Source: Alphaproteobacteria bacterium (GTDB lineage Bacteria > Pseudomonadota > Alphaproteobacteria > JAAXGF01). Taken from it: 64,000 nucleotides of DNA. Below, one piece after another: positions 32,946 through 42,582 of this stretch. Each line of letters begins with the position of its first letter. The stretch's first letter is position 1. Under the pieces are notes generated by a model. It saw nothing but the letters and a program-made list of their open reading frames with translations, did not search any database and was not told the origin of the DNA. The stretch is from contig CAUVXB020000002.1 of NCBI GenBank assembly GCA_963555825.3, forward strand, positions 3,136,001 through 3,200,000, written 5' to 3'. The position numbers and the translations under genes were made by a program.

Positions 32946-33293
32946 TCAACGCTCGCCGCGCACCCGGGCGAACAGCTCCTGCAGCCCCATCGGCACGACG
33001 ACGACCTGGTCGATCGCCGCCTGGACCTGCTCGGAAGTCATCGACCACTCGTCGCCCTTGAACTCGGCGATCACCGTCTCGGTGAAGACCGGGTAGTTAT
33101 CGAACGCCTGCTGGGCGTCGCCGCAGTGATCGGCCAACAGGGCCAGCGCGAGACGCCGTGGGCCGGCACCCTCGTAACCCCACTCGAAGCCGCCGTCCGA
33201 CGATCGGCCGAGGTCCATCCTGGGATCGAGGGGCTGGTCGTCGACCGTGACGGCGCAGCCCTGTGGCGAGCGAACGCCCTTGTAAATTTTCAT
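32946..33293 (-). CDS. DUF6166-like hypothetical protein
   Basis: GFEWGYEGAGPRRLALALLA motif; GGAGG SD. Confidence 0.75.
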   Translation of the reverse strand: MKIYKGVRSPQGCAVTVDDQPLDPRMDLGRSSDGGFEWGYEGAGPRRLALALLADHCGDAQQAFDNYPVFTETVIAEFKGDEWSMTSEQVQAAIDQVVVVPMGLQELFARVRGER

Positions 33294-33347
33294 GCTGCGC
33301 CTCCTTCGCCGACGCCTGTCTCACCTTGCGCCCGTAGCGTTCCGCGG

Positions 33348-34214
33348 TCAACCGCCTGGTCTGGACGACCTCAGCACCAGCGTATGCCAGCCGGCCAGCG
33401 CGATGCGCTCGACCAATGCGAGGCGCCGGGCGCGATAGGCGGCGAGCACGGCGCGTTCCTGGCGCGCCAGCAGGCCCGACAGCACGACGACGCCACCCGG
33501 TGCGAGACGCGCGGCAAGCCCCGGCGCGAACGCGATCAGCGGGCGGGCCAGGATATTGGCGGCGATCAGGTCGTAGGGCGCGCGCGTGCGCAGCGGCGCG
33601 GCGCGCATGCCGTCGCTCACCGTCACGCGGACGAGACCGGCGACGCGGTTGAGGCGTGCGTTCTCGCGCGCGGTGCGCACCGCGGCGGCGTCGATGTCGG
33701 CGGCGATCACGTCGGCGCCCCAGGTCTTGGCGATGGCGAGCGCCAGGATGCCCGTGCCGCAGCCGAGGTCGAGCGCGCGGCGAACGGTATGGCGCCGCGC
33801 CAGGCGATCGAGCGCCAGAAGACAGCCGCGCGTCGTCTCGTGTTCGCCCGAGCCGAAGGCCGGTCCGGCATCGACCTCGAGGTCGATCGGGCCGCCACGG
33901 GCCGGCGGCAGATGACTGCCGTGAACGTAGTAACGCCCGGCACGGATCGGCGGGAAAGCGGCGCGCGTCGCCGCCAGCCAATCGGTCTCGGGCACGACTT
34001 CGATCGCCACGGCCGGCGGTGCCACCCCGAGCGCCGCCGCCGCGACCATGACGCGCGCCTCGAGCGCCGCGGCGTCGGGCGCGGCGGCGGTCAGCGCTTC
34101 GACCGTCCAGTCGGCGCCTTCCTCGAAATTCGACACCGCGATGGCGCCGTCGGCGAGCGCCGCCTCGAAGCCGGCGACCTGGGCTTCAGACGCGCTCAGT
34201 GCGATGCGCCACAT
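33348..34214 (-). CDS. prmA: ribosomal protein L11 methyltransferase (start uncertain, up to ~34250)
   Basis: AFGSGEHETT, LDLGCGTGILA, ANILA and LSGLL. Confidence 0.92.
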   Translation of the reverse strand: MWRIALSASEAQVAGFEAALADGAIAVSNFEEGADWTVEALTAAAPDAAALEARVMVAAAALGVAPPAVAIEVVPETDWLAATRAAFPPIRAGRYYVHGSHLPPARGGPIDLEVDAGPAFGSGEHETTRGCLLALDRLARRHTVRRALDLGCGTGILALAIAKTWGADVIAADIDAAAVRTARENARLNRVAGLVRVTVSDGMRAAPLRTRAPYDLIAANILARPLIAFAPGLAARLAPGGVVVLSGLLARQERAVLAAYRARRLALVERIALAGWHTLVLRSSRPGG

Positions 34215-34233
34215 GCCGGCGGCGCGGGGCACG

Positions 34234-36486
34234 TCACGCCGGGCGGACAAAGCTGTCGATGACTTTCTTGGCGCCGGCCTTGTCGAAGACGATCTCGAGT
34301 TTGTTGCCGTCGATCGCGCTGATCCGGCCGTAGCCGAATTTTTGGTGGAACACGCGGGCGCCGGGCGCGAAGGTGTCGGGCGCGTGGTCGACCGCGTCGT
34401 AGCTCACCGCGTCGGCCGCCGGTTGCCTGCGTCGCCGCGACCAGCCGCCCAGCGCGCGGGAGAAATTGCCGGGTTCCTCGTTGAGGCCACCGTAGAGGCC
34501 GGGCGCCGCGAGCCGTTCGACATGCTCGTCGGGCAGCTCGTCGACGAAGCGCGACGGGATGCTGCTTTGCCATTGGTTGTAGATGCGCCGGTTGGCGGCG
34601 TGCGAGATCTGCACCCGCTGGCGCGCCCGGGTGATGCCGACATAGGCGAGACGGCGCTCCTCCTCGAGCCCCTTGGCGCCGTTTTCCTGCAGCGCGAGTT
34701 CGTGCGGGAACAGACCCTCCTCCCAGCCGGCCAGGAACACCGTGTCGAACTCGAGGCCCTTGGCGCTGTGCAGCGTCATGATGTTGACCATGTCGCCGTC
34801 GGCCCGATCGTCGATGTCCATAACCAGGCTGACGTGCTCGAGGAAGGCCTCGAGCGTCTCGAACTCGACGATCGCGCGGACCAGTTCGGTCAGGTTCTCG
34901 AGCCGGCCGGGCGCCGCCGGCGACTTGTCGTTCTGCAGCATCGCGGTGTAGCCCGATTCGTCGAGCATGATCTCGATCACCTCGGCGTGCGGCAGGTCGC
35001 CCAACAGGCCGCGCCAGCGGTCGATGCTGTCGATCAGCCTGCCCATCGATGCACGCGCCTGGGGGCGCAGCTCGTCGGTCTCGATCACCGCGCGCGCCGC
35101 CCGGGTCAGCGGCCAGCCGCGCGCCCGGGCGAGCTCGTGGACGACGCGCAGCGAGGCGTCGCCCAGGCCGCGCTTGGGCACATTGACGATGCGCTCGAAG
35201 GCGAGATCGATGTCGGGCTGGACGGTGACGCGCATATAGGCGATCGCGTCGCGGATCTCCTGGCGCTCGTAAAAGCGCAGGCCGCCGATCACCCGGTACG
35301 GCATGCCGATGGTGATGAAGCGCTCCTCGAAGGCGCGCGTCTGGAAGCCGGCGCGCACCAGCACGGCGACTTCGGCGCGCTTGTGGCCCTTGCGCTCGAG
35401 CGACTCGATCTCCTCGCCGACGACGCGCGCCTCCTCGTCGCCGTCCCAGACGCCGCGCACGATGACCTTCTCGCCGCCCGGCGTATCGGTCCACAGCGTC
35501 TTGCCGAGCCGGCCCTCGTTGTGCGCGATCAGGCCCGAGGCGGCGCCGAGGATCGGCTGGGTCGAGCGGTAATTGCGCTCGAGCCGGAGCACCTTGGCGC
35601 CCGGGAAGTCGTGCTCGAAGCGCAGGATGTTGCCGACCTCGGCGCCGCGCCAGCCGTAGATCGACTGGTCGTCGTCGCCGACGCAGCAGATGTTCTTGTG
35701 CGCTTGCGCGAGCAGCCGGAGCCACAGGTATTGGGCGACGTTGGTGTCCTGGTATTCGTCGACCAGGATGTAGTGGAAGCGCCGCTGCCAGTCGCGCAGC
35801 ACCTCGGCGTCGGTGGTGAACAGCGTTAGGCAGTGCAGCAAGAGATCGCCGAAGTCGGCCGCGTTGAGCGCCGCGAGCCGCTCCTGATAGGCGCGGTAGA
35901 GCCGCACGGCGCGGCCGTTGGCGAAGTCGCCGGCGTCGGACGCATCGACCTTGTCGGGCGTCAGGCCGCGGTCCTTCCAGCGCTGGATGATGGCGCCGAG
36001 CGAGCGCGCCGGCCAGCGTTTCTCGTCGATGTCATGGGCGGCGAGGATCTGGCGTATCAGGCGCAGCTGATCGTCGGTGTCGATGATCGTGAAGTTGGGC
36101 TTGAGGCCGACCAGCTCGGCGTGGCGCCTTAAGATGCGCGCGCCGATCGCGTGGAAGGTGCCGAACCACAGCCCCTCGACGTCCTGGCCGATGAGTGACG
36201 CGACGCGGCCGACCATCTCGCGCGCCGCCTTGTTGGTGAAGGTGACGGCGAGCACCTGGCCGGGCCAGGCGCGGCCCGAGATCAGGATATGCGCGATGCG
36301 TGTCGTCAGCACCCGGGTCTTGCCGGTGCCGGCGCCGGCGAGCACCAGAACCGGCCCTTCGGTCGCCTCGACGGCGTCGCGTTGGGCCTCGTTCAACTCG
36401 GCCAAATACGGGGCGGCCGGCGCCGCGCCGGCAGGCGCGGGAGGCTCGTCGTCATCGAAACTCGAAAGGTCGAACGGGTCGGACAT
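34234..36486 (-). CDS. uvrD: UvrD/PcrA superfamily I DNA helicase
   Basis: AGAGTGKT, VDEYQD, GDDDQSIY, NYRS, TLHSAKGLEF and EERRLAYVGITRA. Confidence 0.93.
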   Translation of the reverse strand: MSDPFDLSSFDDDEPPAPAGAAPAAPYLAELNEAQRDAVEATEGPVLVLAGAGTGKTRVLTTRIAHILISGRAWPGQVLAVTFTNKAAREMVGRVASLIGQDVEGLWFGTFHAIGARILRRHAELVGLKPNFTIIDTDDQLRLIRQILAAHDIDEKRWPARSLGAIIQRWKDRGLTPDKVDASDAGDFANGRAVRLYRAYQERLAALNAADFGDLLLHCLTLFTTDAEVLRDWQRRFHYILVDEYQDTNVAQYLWLRLLAQAHKNICCVGDDDQSIYGWRGAEVGNILRFEHDFPGAKVLRLERNYRSTQPILGAASGLIAHNEGRLGKTLWTDTPGGEKVIVRGVWDGDEEARVVGEEIESLERKGHKRAEVAVLVRAGFQTRAFEERFITIGMPYRVIGGLRFYERQEIRDAIAYMRVTVQPDIDLAFERIVNVPKRGLGDASLRVVHELARARGWPLTRAARAVIETDELRPQARASMGRLIDSIDRWRGLLGDLPHAEVIEIMLDESGYTAMLQNDKSPAAPGRLENLTELVRAIVEFETLEAFLEHVSLVMDIDDRADGDMVNIMTLHSAKGLEFDTVFLAGWEEGLFPHELALQENGAKGLEEERRLAYVGITRARQRVQISHAANRRIYNQWQSSIPSRFVDELPDEHVERLAAPGLYGGLNEEPGNFSRALGGWSRRRRQPAADAVSYDAVDHAPDTFAPGARVFHQKFGYGRISAIDGNKLEIVFDKAGAKKVIDSFVRPA

Positions 36487-36689
36487 GGGCAGCAACTATA
36501 TAGCGCCCGACGACGCGGAATGCACGCCTCGGCGACGCCATTAGCCGGAATTTTTCACCATCGACGATTCCGCCGTAATGACCCATCAGCCTGCGACCGC
36601 AGGCCGCCGACCGTTCGGCGGAAGCAAGCGCGGCGACTGAGCGCAGGTCGTCTTTGCAAAGCAAAGATGACCGTACAAAAACGCGCCAA

Positions 36690-38447
36690 TTATTGATGGT
36701 GATCGGCGATCAGCGCGCGGTTGTGGGCGATCAGCACGTCGGTGCGGTGGACGACGCCGATGACGCGCCGCGTCGCGGTGCCGTCGACGACCGGCAGATG
36801 CTCGGTCTGTTCGGCGTCCATCACCTCGAGGAGGTGCTCGAGGCTGTCGTCGGCGAGCGCCGCGGCGCCGTGCTCGCGCGCGATGTGCTCGGCGTTGACG
36901 ATCCCGTCGGCGCCGTCGGCGAAGGCGAATTCACTCAGCTCGTCGAAGGTCAGCGAGCCGCACAGCCGCGCGTCGCCGTCGACGACGAAGAAGACGCCGT
37001 GCGGATCGACGCGCAGCAGTTCGCGGATTTCGTCGATCTTCATCTCGCGCGGCACGCGGCGCACGGTCTCGTTCATCACCTCGCGCACCGACATGGTCTG
37101 TAACAGGCCGGCGGCGCGGTCGCGCGCGACGTCGACGCCGCGGCGGGCGAGCACCCAGTGGAAGTACGACTTGCCCGGAATACGTCGGGTGACCACGGCG
37201 GCGACGGCGCTGGCGATCATCACCGCGATGGTGATGCCGTAGTCGCCGGTGATCTCGAAGACGATCAGGATGGTCGAAATCGGCGCGCCGAGCACGGCGG
37301 AAGCGACCGCGCCCATGCCGATGATCGTATAGGCCCCGGGCGAGGTGGCGAGCTCGGGGAACACCGTGCCGGCCATGCTGCCGAACGCGCCGCCGACCAT
37401 GGCGCCGATGAACAGCGAGGGGCTGAACACCCCGCCGGCGAAGCCCGAGCCGAGCGAGATCGCCGTCGCCGCCACCTTGGCGACGGCGAGCACGATCAGC
37501 AGCGCGAGCGACAGCTCGACCTGCAGCGCGAGGTCGGTCGCCTCGTAGCCGACGCCCAGCACCTGCGGGAAGAAGACCGCGATGACGCCGACCACGAGGC
37601 CGCCCGCCGCGGGCCGCGACCAGGGCGGGATCGGCAGCCGCGCCATGGTGTCCTGGGTGAACATGATCGACCACATGAAGATGCCGGCGACCGCCGCCGA
37701 GACCAGCCCCAGCATGGCGAAGGCGGGAAATTCGAGGAACGAGACGATGCCGAACTCGGGCACCACGAAGGCCGGGAAGTTGCCGAACTGCATGCGGGCG
37801 ATGATGGTGCCGACGACCGACGCGATGACGACCGGCGCGAAGGCGGCCAGCGCATAGTGGCCGATGACCACCTCGAGGGCGAAGAAGACGCCGGCGATCG
37901 GCGCGTTGAACGACGCCGCGATGCCCGCGGCGACGCCGCAGCCGAGTAGCGTCAACGCGGCGTTGCGGTTGAGCCGGAGCCGCTTGGCGATCGATGCCGC
38001 GATCGTCGCGCCGAGATGGATCACCGGACCTTCGCGGCCGACCGAGGCGCCGAAGCCGATCGAGGTGGCGGCCGCCAGCGCCGCGCCGATGCCGGTGCCG
38101 AGCGCCATGCGTCCGGCGCGCAGCGAGCCCGCCTCGATGACGTCGGCGACGCCATGATTGCGCCGGCCCGGCATGACGAAGTGGACGAACAACCCGACCA
38201 GCAGGCCACCGGCGACGGGCGCCAGCAAGAGCTGCCACCAGGGCAAATAGTTCGAGATGCTGAGCAGATAATCGGAATCGGAACCGAAGGCGAAGAGCTG
38301 GATCATGGCGATCAGCTCGCGGAAAACGATCGCGCCATAGCCCGCCAGCGCGCCGATGACGACCGCCAGCAGCGACAGGATGAACTGTTCGTTGCGCAGC
38401 GACTTTCGCCAGCTCGTCAGAACCGACTTGAGTTCCAGGCGTTCCAC
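36690..38447 (-). CDS. ClC chloride channel/antiporter with CBS domains
   Basis: GREGP, FNAPIAG, GGVFSPSL and a C-terminal CBS pair. Confidence 0.93.
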   Translation of the reverse strand: MERLELKSVLTSWRKSLRNEQFILSLLAVVIGALAGYGAIVFRELIAMIQLFAFGSDSDYLLSISNYLPWWQLLLAPVAGGLLVGLFVHFVMPGRRNHGVADVIEAGSLRAGRMALGTGIGAALAAATSIGFGASVGREGPVIHLGATIAASIAKRLRLNRNAALTLLGCGVAAGIAASFNAPIAGVFFALEVVIGHYALAAFAPVVIASVVGTIIARMQFGNFPAFVVPEFGIVSFLEFPAFAMLGLVSAAVAGIFMWSIMFTQDTMARLPIPPWSRPAAGGLVVGVIAVFFPQVLGVGYEATDLALQVELSLALLIVLAVAKVAATAISLGSGFAGGVFSPSLFIGAMVGGAFGSMAGTVFPELATSPGAYTIIGMGAVASAVLGAPISTILIVFEITGDYGITIAVMIASAVAAVVTRRIPGKSYFHWVLARRGVDVARDRAAGLLQTMSVREVMNETVRRVPREMKIDEIRELLRVDPHGVFFVVDGDARLCGSLTFDELSEFAFADGADGIVNAEHIAREHGAAALADDSLEHLLEVMDAEQTEHLPVVDGTATRRVIGVVHRTDVLIAHNRALIADHHQ

Positions 38448-38490
38448 AATGAATCAGTAGCCCGCGCGGCGCGGCGCGGAAAGGCCAAAA

Positions 38491-38513
38491 TTTATCACTG
38501 ATCCTTGGTATCA
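38491..38513 (-). repeat. solo MITE terminus overlapping the thioesterase stop codon
   Basis: TTTATCACTGATCCTTGGTATCA, the reverse complement of TGATACCAAGGATCAGTGATAAA. Confidence 0.75.
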
Positions 38514-39002
38514 GCCCGTCTTCGGCCGTTTGAGCGCGATGACGCTGCCGACCTCGTCGGGGCGTGGCAAATCGGCGTGCGCCGCCCGAATCTCTTCGAG
38601 CCAGCCGGCGATCTTGGCTGGAAACGGCGCCGAGCGGCGCACCGAAAGATCGACATGGATCGACAGCAACTCGGTCGTCGCCGCGAGGAAGCCCTTCTCG
38701 GCATGGTGCATGCGGCTGAAGTAATGCAGTCGCTTGTCGTCGAAGCCGAGCAGGTGCGTGGTGACCCGGAACCGCTCGCCCAAGCGCAGTTCGCCCCGGT
38801 AGTTGACATGCGTCTCGAGCGCGAACATCGAACAGTTTGTCGCCGCCATGTAGTCGGGGCCGACGCCGACGAAGTCGTACAGCCCGTCGGTGCCGTATTC
38901 GAAAGCGAGCACGTAATAGGCCACGTTCATATGGTCGTTGAGGTCGATCCACGCGGGCTCGACGTCGCCTTGGTAGGTCGTGAGCGGCGCATCTATCGTC
39001 AT
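38511..39002 (-). CDS. hotdog-fold thioesterase (4HBT/CdhB-like)
   Basis: WIDLNDHMNVAYY, ETHVNY..E and DDKRLH. Confidence 0.88.
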   Translation of the reverse strand: MTIDAPLTTYQGDVEPAWIDLNDHMNVAYYVLAFEYGTDGLYDFVGVGPDYMAATNCSMFALETHVNYRGELRLGERFRVTTHLLGFDDKRLHYFSRMHHAEKGFLAATTELLSIHVDLSVRRSAPFPAKIAGWLEEIRAAHADLPRPDEVGSVIALKRPKTG

Positions 39003-39136
39003 GGCGCGGGATGATAGCCGATCGCCGCGCGGTAGCGAAAGCGCCGGGAGGGCGCGCGGCGACGGGAATCGCCTTGCACCGGCATCCGCTCCCGCCAATA
39101 CTGGCCGCGCCCAGCCGGCTGCACAGCGAGACCAGG

Positions 39137-40840
39137 ATGAACCGCAAGGAACGGCGCCAGCAGGCGAAGCGTCAGCGCCGCCCGAGACGCGCCGCGGGTG
39201 ACGGCGGCGGCGACGTCGAGGCCATGCTCGGGGTTGCCGTCAAGCACCACCAGGCCGGCCGGTTGGCCGAGGCCGAGGCGCTCTACCGCAGGGTTCTCGC
39301 CGCCCGGCCCGGCCAGCCCGACGCGCTGCATTTCCTCGGCGTTCTGGCCTATCAGTCGGGCCGTCACGAGGCTGCCGCCGAGCTCATCGGCCAGGCCATC
39401 GCGGCCGATTCGACCAATCCCGGCTATCACGCCAACCTGGGCAACGTCCTCAAGGCGCGGGGCGAGTTCGACGCCGCGCTCGCCGCCTACCACCAGGCCA
39501 TCGCGCTGATGCCCGATTTTGGCGACGCCCACTTCAACCTGGGCAACACGCTGCAGGCGACGGGGCGGATGGACGAGGCGGCCGAGGCGTTTCGCCGCGC
39601 CGCCGACATCGACCCGAACGCCGTCGAGGCCCATTACAACCTGGGAAACGCCTTGCTGGCGCTGGAGACGCCGGAGGAGGCGGAAATGGCCTATCGGCGG
39701 GTGCTGGCGCTCCAGCCCGATCACGCCGGCGCCCACAACAACCTGGGCTCGGCGCTGCTCGCCCTGGACCGGCGCGAAGAGGCCCGCGCCGCCTTCGAGC
39801 ATGCCCTCGCCGTCCGTCCCGACTACGCCGAGGCGCATTACAACCTTGGCGTCCTGTTGCGGCGCCAGGCCCAGCCGCGTCCGGCGCTGGGGCATTTCGA
39901 CGCGGCGCTGGAGGCCAGCCCCGAGGCCATGCAATACCACCACGCCCGCGCCGAGGCGCTGGCCCAGGTGGTGCCCGCCTGGCATTTCCCGATGATGAAC
40001 GACGGGCCGCGCAACGCTGTCTTCCAGCAGGCCATCGAGAAGGCGGTAACGCCCGGGTCGCGGGTCTTCGAGGTCGGCACGGGTTCGGGTCTGCTGGCCA
40101 TGATGGCGGCGCGCGCCGGTGCCGCCCGGGTGACCAGTTGCGAGGTGGTGCCGGAGATCGCCGAGCGGGCGCGCGCTGTGGTCGAGGCCAACGGCTTGGC
40201 GGACAGGGTGACCGTGCTGGCCAAGGGCTCGACCGAGGTCGCCGTCGGCGAGGACCTGGACGCGCGCTGCGACCTGCTGATCGCGGAAATCATCAGCGAC
40301 GGGCTGATCGGCGAGGGCGTCGCCGAATCCCTGCACCACGCGCGCCGCGAGCTGCTCGAGCCGGGCGGCCAGGTCATCCCCCGTGGCGGCACGATCATGG
40401 CGGCCCTGGTCGGCGCCGAGGGCCTCGGCAAGTTCGTCACCGTCGACGAGGTGTCGGGGTTCGACCTGAGCGCCTTCAACACGCTGGCGCCGCTCCGTGT
40501 CACTCTGGTCGAGGGCAGTTTCAGCGTCGAATACCTGTCGCGGCCCGAGGCCGTCTTCGCGTACGACTTCACCGCCGACATCGCCTTCGAGCCACCGCGG
40601 ACGATCGCCTTCGAGGCGCTGGACGAGGGAACCTGTGTCGGTCTGGTCCAGTGGATCCGCCTCGCCATCGACGACGAGATCACCATTGAGAACCGCCCGG
40701 GCGGTGCCGGCGGCCATTCGCACTGGCACGCCTCGCTCTACCGCTTCCTCGCGCCCGTCGCGGTGACGGCGGGCCAGCGGGTGCACGTGCGCGCCGAGCA
40801 GAGCGGCGCCGACAGCCTCTTTTTCCAGGTCGTTGAGTGA
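39137..40840 (+). CDS. TPR-repeat protein with a C-terminal protein-arginine-methyltransferase-like domain
   Basis: About 7 TPRs, then WHFPMMND..RN, EVGTGSGLL, EIISDGLIGEG and SHW. Confidence 0.85.
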   Translation: MNRKERRQQAKRQRRPRRAAGDGGGDVEAMLGVAVKHHQAGRLAEAEALYRRVLAARPGQPDALHFLGVLAYQSGRHEAAAELIGQAIAADSTNPGYHANLGNVLKARGEFDAALAAYHQAIALMPDFGDAHFNLGNTLQATGRMDEAAEAFRRAADIDPNAVEAHYNLGNALLALETPEEAEMAYRRVLALQPDHAGAHNNLGSALLALDRREEARAAFEHALAVRPDYAEAHYNLGVLLRRQAQPRPALGHFDAALEASPEAMQYHHARAEALAQVVPAWHFPMMNDGPRNAVFQQAIEKAVTPGSRVFEVGTGSGLLAMMAARAGAARVTSCEVVPEIAERARAVVEANGLADRVTVLAKGSTEVAVGEDLDARCDLLIAEIISDGLIGEGVAESLHHARRELLEPGGQVIPRGGTIMAALVGAEGLGKFVTVDEVSGFDLSAFNTLAPLRVTLVEGSFSVEYLSRPEAVFAYDFTADIAFEPPRTIAFEALDEGTCVGLVQWIRLAIDDEITIENRPGGAGGHSHWHASLYRFLAPVAVTAGQRVHVRAEQSGADSLFFQVVE

Positions 40841-40899
40841 CCGAGCCCGCGTCGCGGCGCGACGTTGCGGTCGCGCGTCGGTCGCCCTAGGTTAAAACC

Positions 40900-42285
40900 A
40901 TGACGACGAACGTGGCCGTGACCGACCGGATTCTCGACGCTCTGCGCCAGCTTTTCGGCGACCGCGTCTCGACGTCGGGCGCGGTGCGCGCGCACCACGG
41001 CAAGGACGTCTCCTATCACGCCGGCCACGACCCCGACGCCGTCGTCTTCCCGCATACCATCGATGAGGTCGTGGAAATCGTCAAGGTCTGCGCGCGTCAC
41101 GGCGTGCCGGTCGTGCCCTACGGCACCGGCACCTCGCTCGAAGGCCATATTGCCGCGCTCCACGGCGGTGTCTGCATCGATCTCGGCCAGATGGACAAAA
41201 TTCTGCGCGTCGACGCCGAGGACATGGACGTCACCGTCGAGGCCGGCGTGACGCGCAAGCAGCTCAACCGGCACCTCCACGATTCAGGTCTGTTCTTCCC
41301 GATCGACCCGGGCGCCGACGCCTCGCTCGGCGGCATGGCGGCGACGCGCGCCTCGGGCACCAACGCGGTGCGCTATGGCACCATGCGCGAGAACGTGCTG
41401 GCGCTGACCGTGGTGCTCGCCGACGGACGCGTCATCCGCACCGCGCGGCGCGCGCGCAAGTCGGCCGCGGGCTACGATCTGACCCGCCTGTTCGTCGGCT
41501 CGGAAGGCACGCTCGGCGTGATCACCGAGGTGACGCTCCGGCTCTACGGCGTCCCCGAGGCGGTCTCGGTGGCGGTGTCGGCCTTCCCGACCATCGACGA
41601 CGCGGTCAACACGGTCATCCTGACGATCCAGTCAGGCGTGCCGGTGGCGCGCATCGAGCTGTTGGACGAGTTGACGGTCGAGGCGGTCAACGCTTATTCG
41701 GGGCTCGACAACGCGGTGGCGCCGACGCTGTTCTTCGAGTTCCACGGCACCGAGGCCGGTGTCGCCGAGCCGGCCGAGACGGTGCAGGCGATCGCCGCCG
41801 ATTTCGGCGCCGGCGACTTCCGCTGGACGACCAAGACCGAGGAGCGCAACAAGCTGTGGCAGGCGCGCCACGACGCCTATTTCGCGACGCTTGCGCTGGC
41901 GCCCGGCAAACAGGGCATCGCCACCGACGTCTGCGTGCCGATTTCACGTCTCGCCGAATGCATCGCCGAGACGCGCAAGGACCTCGAGGCGTCGTCGGTC
42001 GTCGCGCCACTGGTCGGCCACGTCGGCGATGGCAACTTCCACCTGATCTATCTGATCGATCCCGACGACGCCGTCGAGGTCGCCGAGGCCAAACGGCTCA
42101 ACGAACGCATGGTCATGCGCGCGCTCGCCATGGACGGCACCTGTACCGGCGAACACGGCATCGGCTACGGCAAGCTCGACTTCCTGCTGGCCGAGCACGG
42201 CGAGGCGGTCAGCGTCATGCGGCTGCTCAAGCAGGCGCTCGACCCCGACAACATCATGAATCCCGGAAAAGTCATCCGCGTCTGA
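40900..42285 (+). CDS. FAD-linked D-lactate dehydrogenase-like oxidase
   Basis: GTGTSLEGH, PIDPGADASLGGM, GHVGDGNFH, GEHGIG and IMNPGK. Confidence 0.92.
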   Translation: MTTNVAVTDRILDALRQLFGDRVSTSGAVRAHHGKDVSYHAGHDPDAVVFPHTIDEVVEIVKVCARHGVPVVPYGTGTSLEGHIAALHGGVCIDLGQMDKILRVDAEDMDVTVEAGVTRKQLNRHLHDSGLFFPIDPGADASLGGMAATRASGTNAVRYGTMRENVLALTVVLADGRVIRTARRARKSAAGYDLTRLFVGSEGTLGVITEVTLRLYGVPEAVSVAVSAFPTIDDAVNTVILTIQSGVPVARIELLDELTVEAVNAYSGLDNAVAPTLFFEFHGTEAGVAEPAETVQAIAADFGAGDFRWTTKTEERNKLWQARHDAYFATLALAPGKQGIATDVCVPISRLAECIAETRKDLEASSVVAPLVGHVGDGNFHLIYLIDPDDAVEVAEAKRLNERMVMRALAMDGTCTGEHGIGYGKLDFLLAEHGEAVSVMRLLKQALDPDNIMNPGKVIRV

Positions 42286-42315
42286 CGTCGCGCGGCGCGG
42301 CCTGTCGCCCGCCAT

Positions 42316-42578
42316 ATACCAAGGACCAGTGATAAAGACCCATAGAGACGGCTTGCCGTGGTTCTCGGCTAGGCGCGCCCGCCGCGGCGATGCAGCGCAT
42401 CGCAAGGTGGGGGCAACGACGTCCGAGAGCCTCGGCAAGCCGCCCTTCGGGTCGCGTCCGCTTATCGCCGGAGGGCGTCAGGAAGCCTAGCCGATGCGCT
42501 GCATCGCCCGCGGCTCCCTTCCTACCCGGCGAAAAGCGGACACGATCTCTATGGGCCTTTATCACTGGTCCTTGGTAT
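42316..42578. mobile_element. MITE (263 bp) with 33-bp terminal inverted repeats and internal hairpins
   Basis: ATACCAAGGACCAGTGATAAAGACCCATAGAGA (42316-48) versus the reverse complement of 42546-78 (one mismatch). Non-coding, between convergent genes. Confidence 0.85.
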
Positions 42579-42582
42579 CATC

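Noticed and set aside
34234-36486. UvrD helicase as part of a defence system
   Set aside because: It is a canonical housekeeping UvrD/PcrA next to prmA, with no nuclease partner gene.
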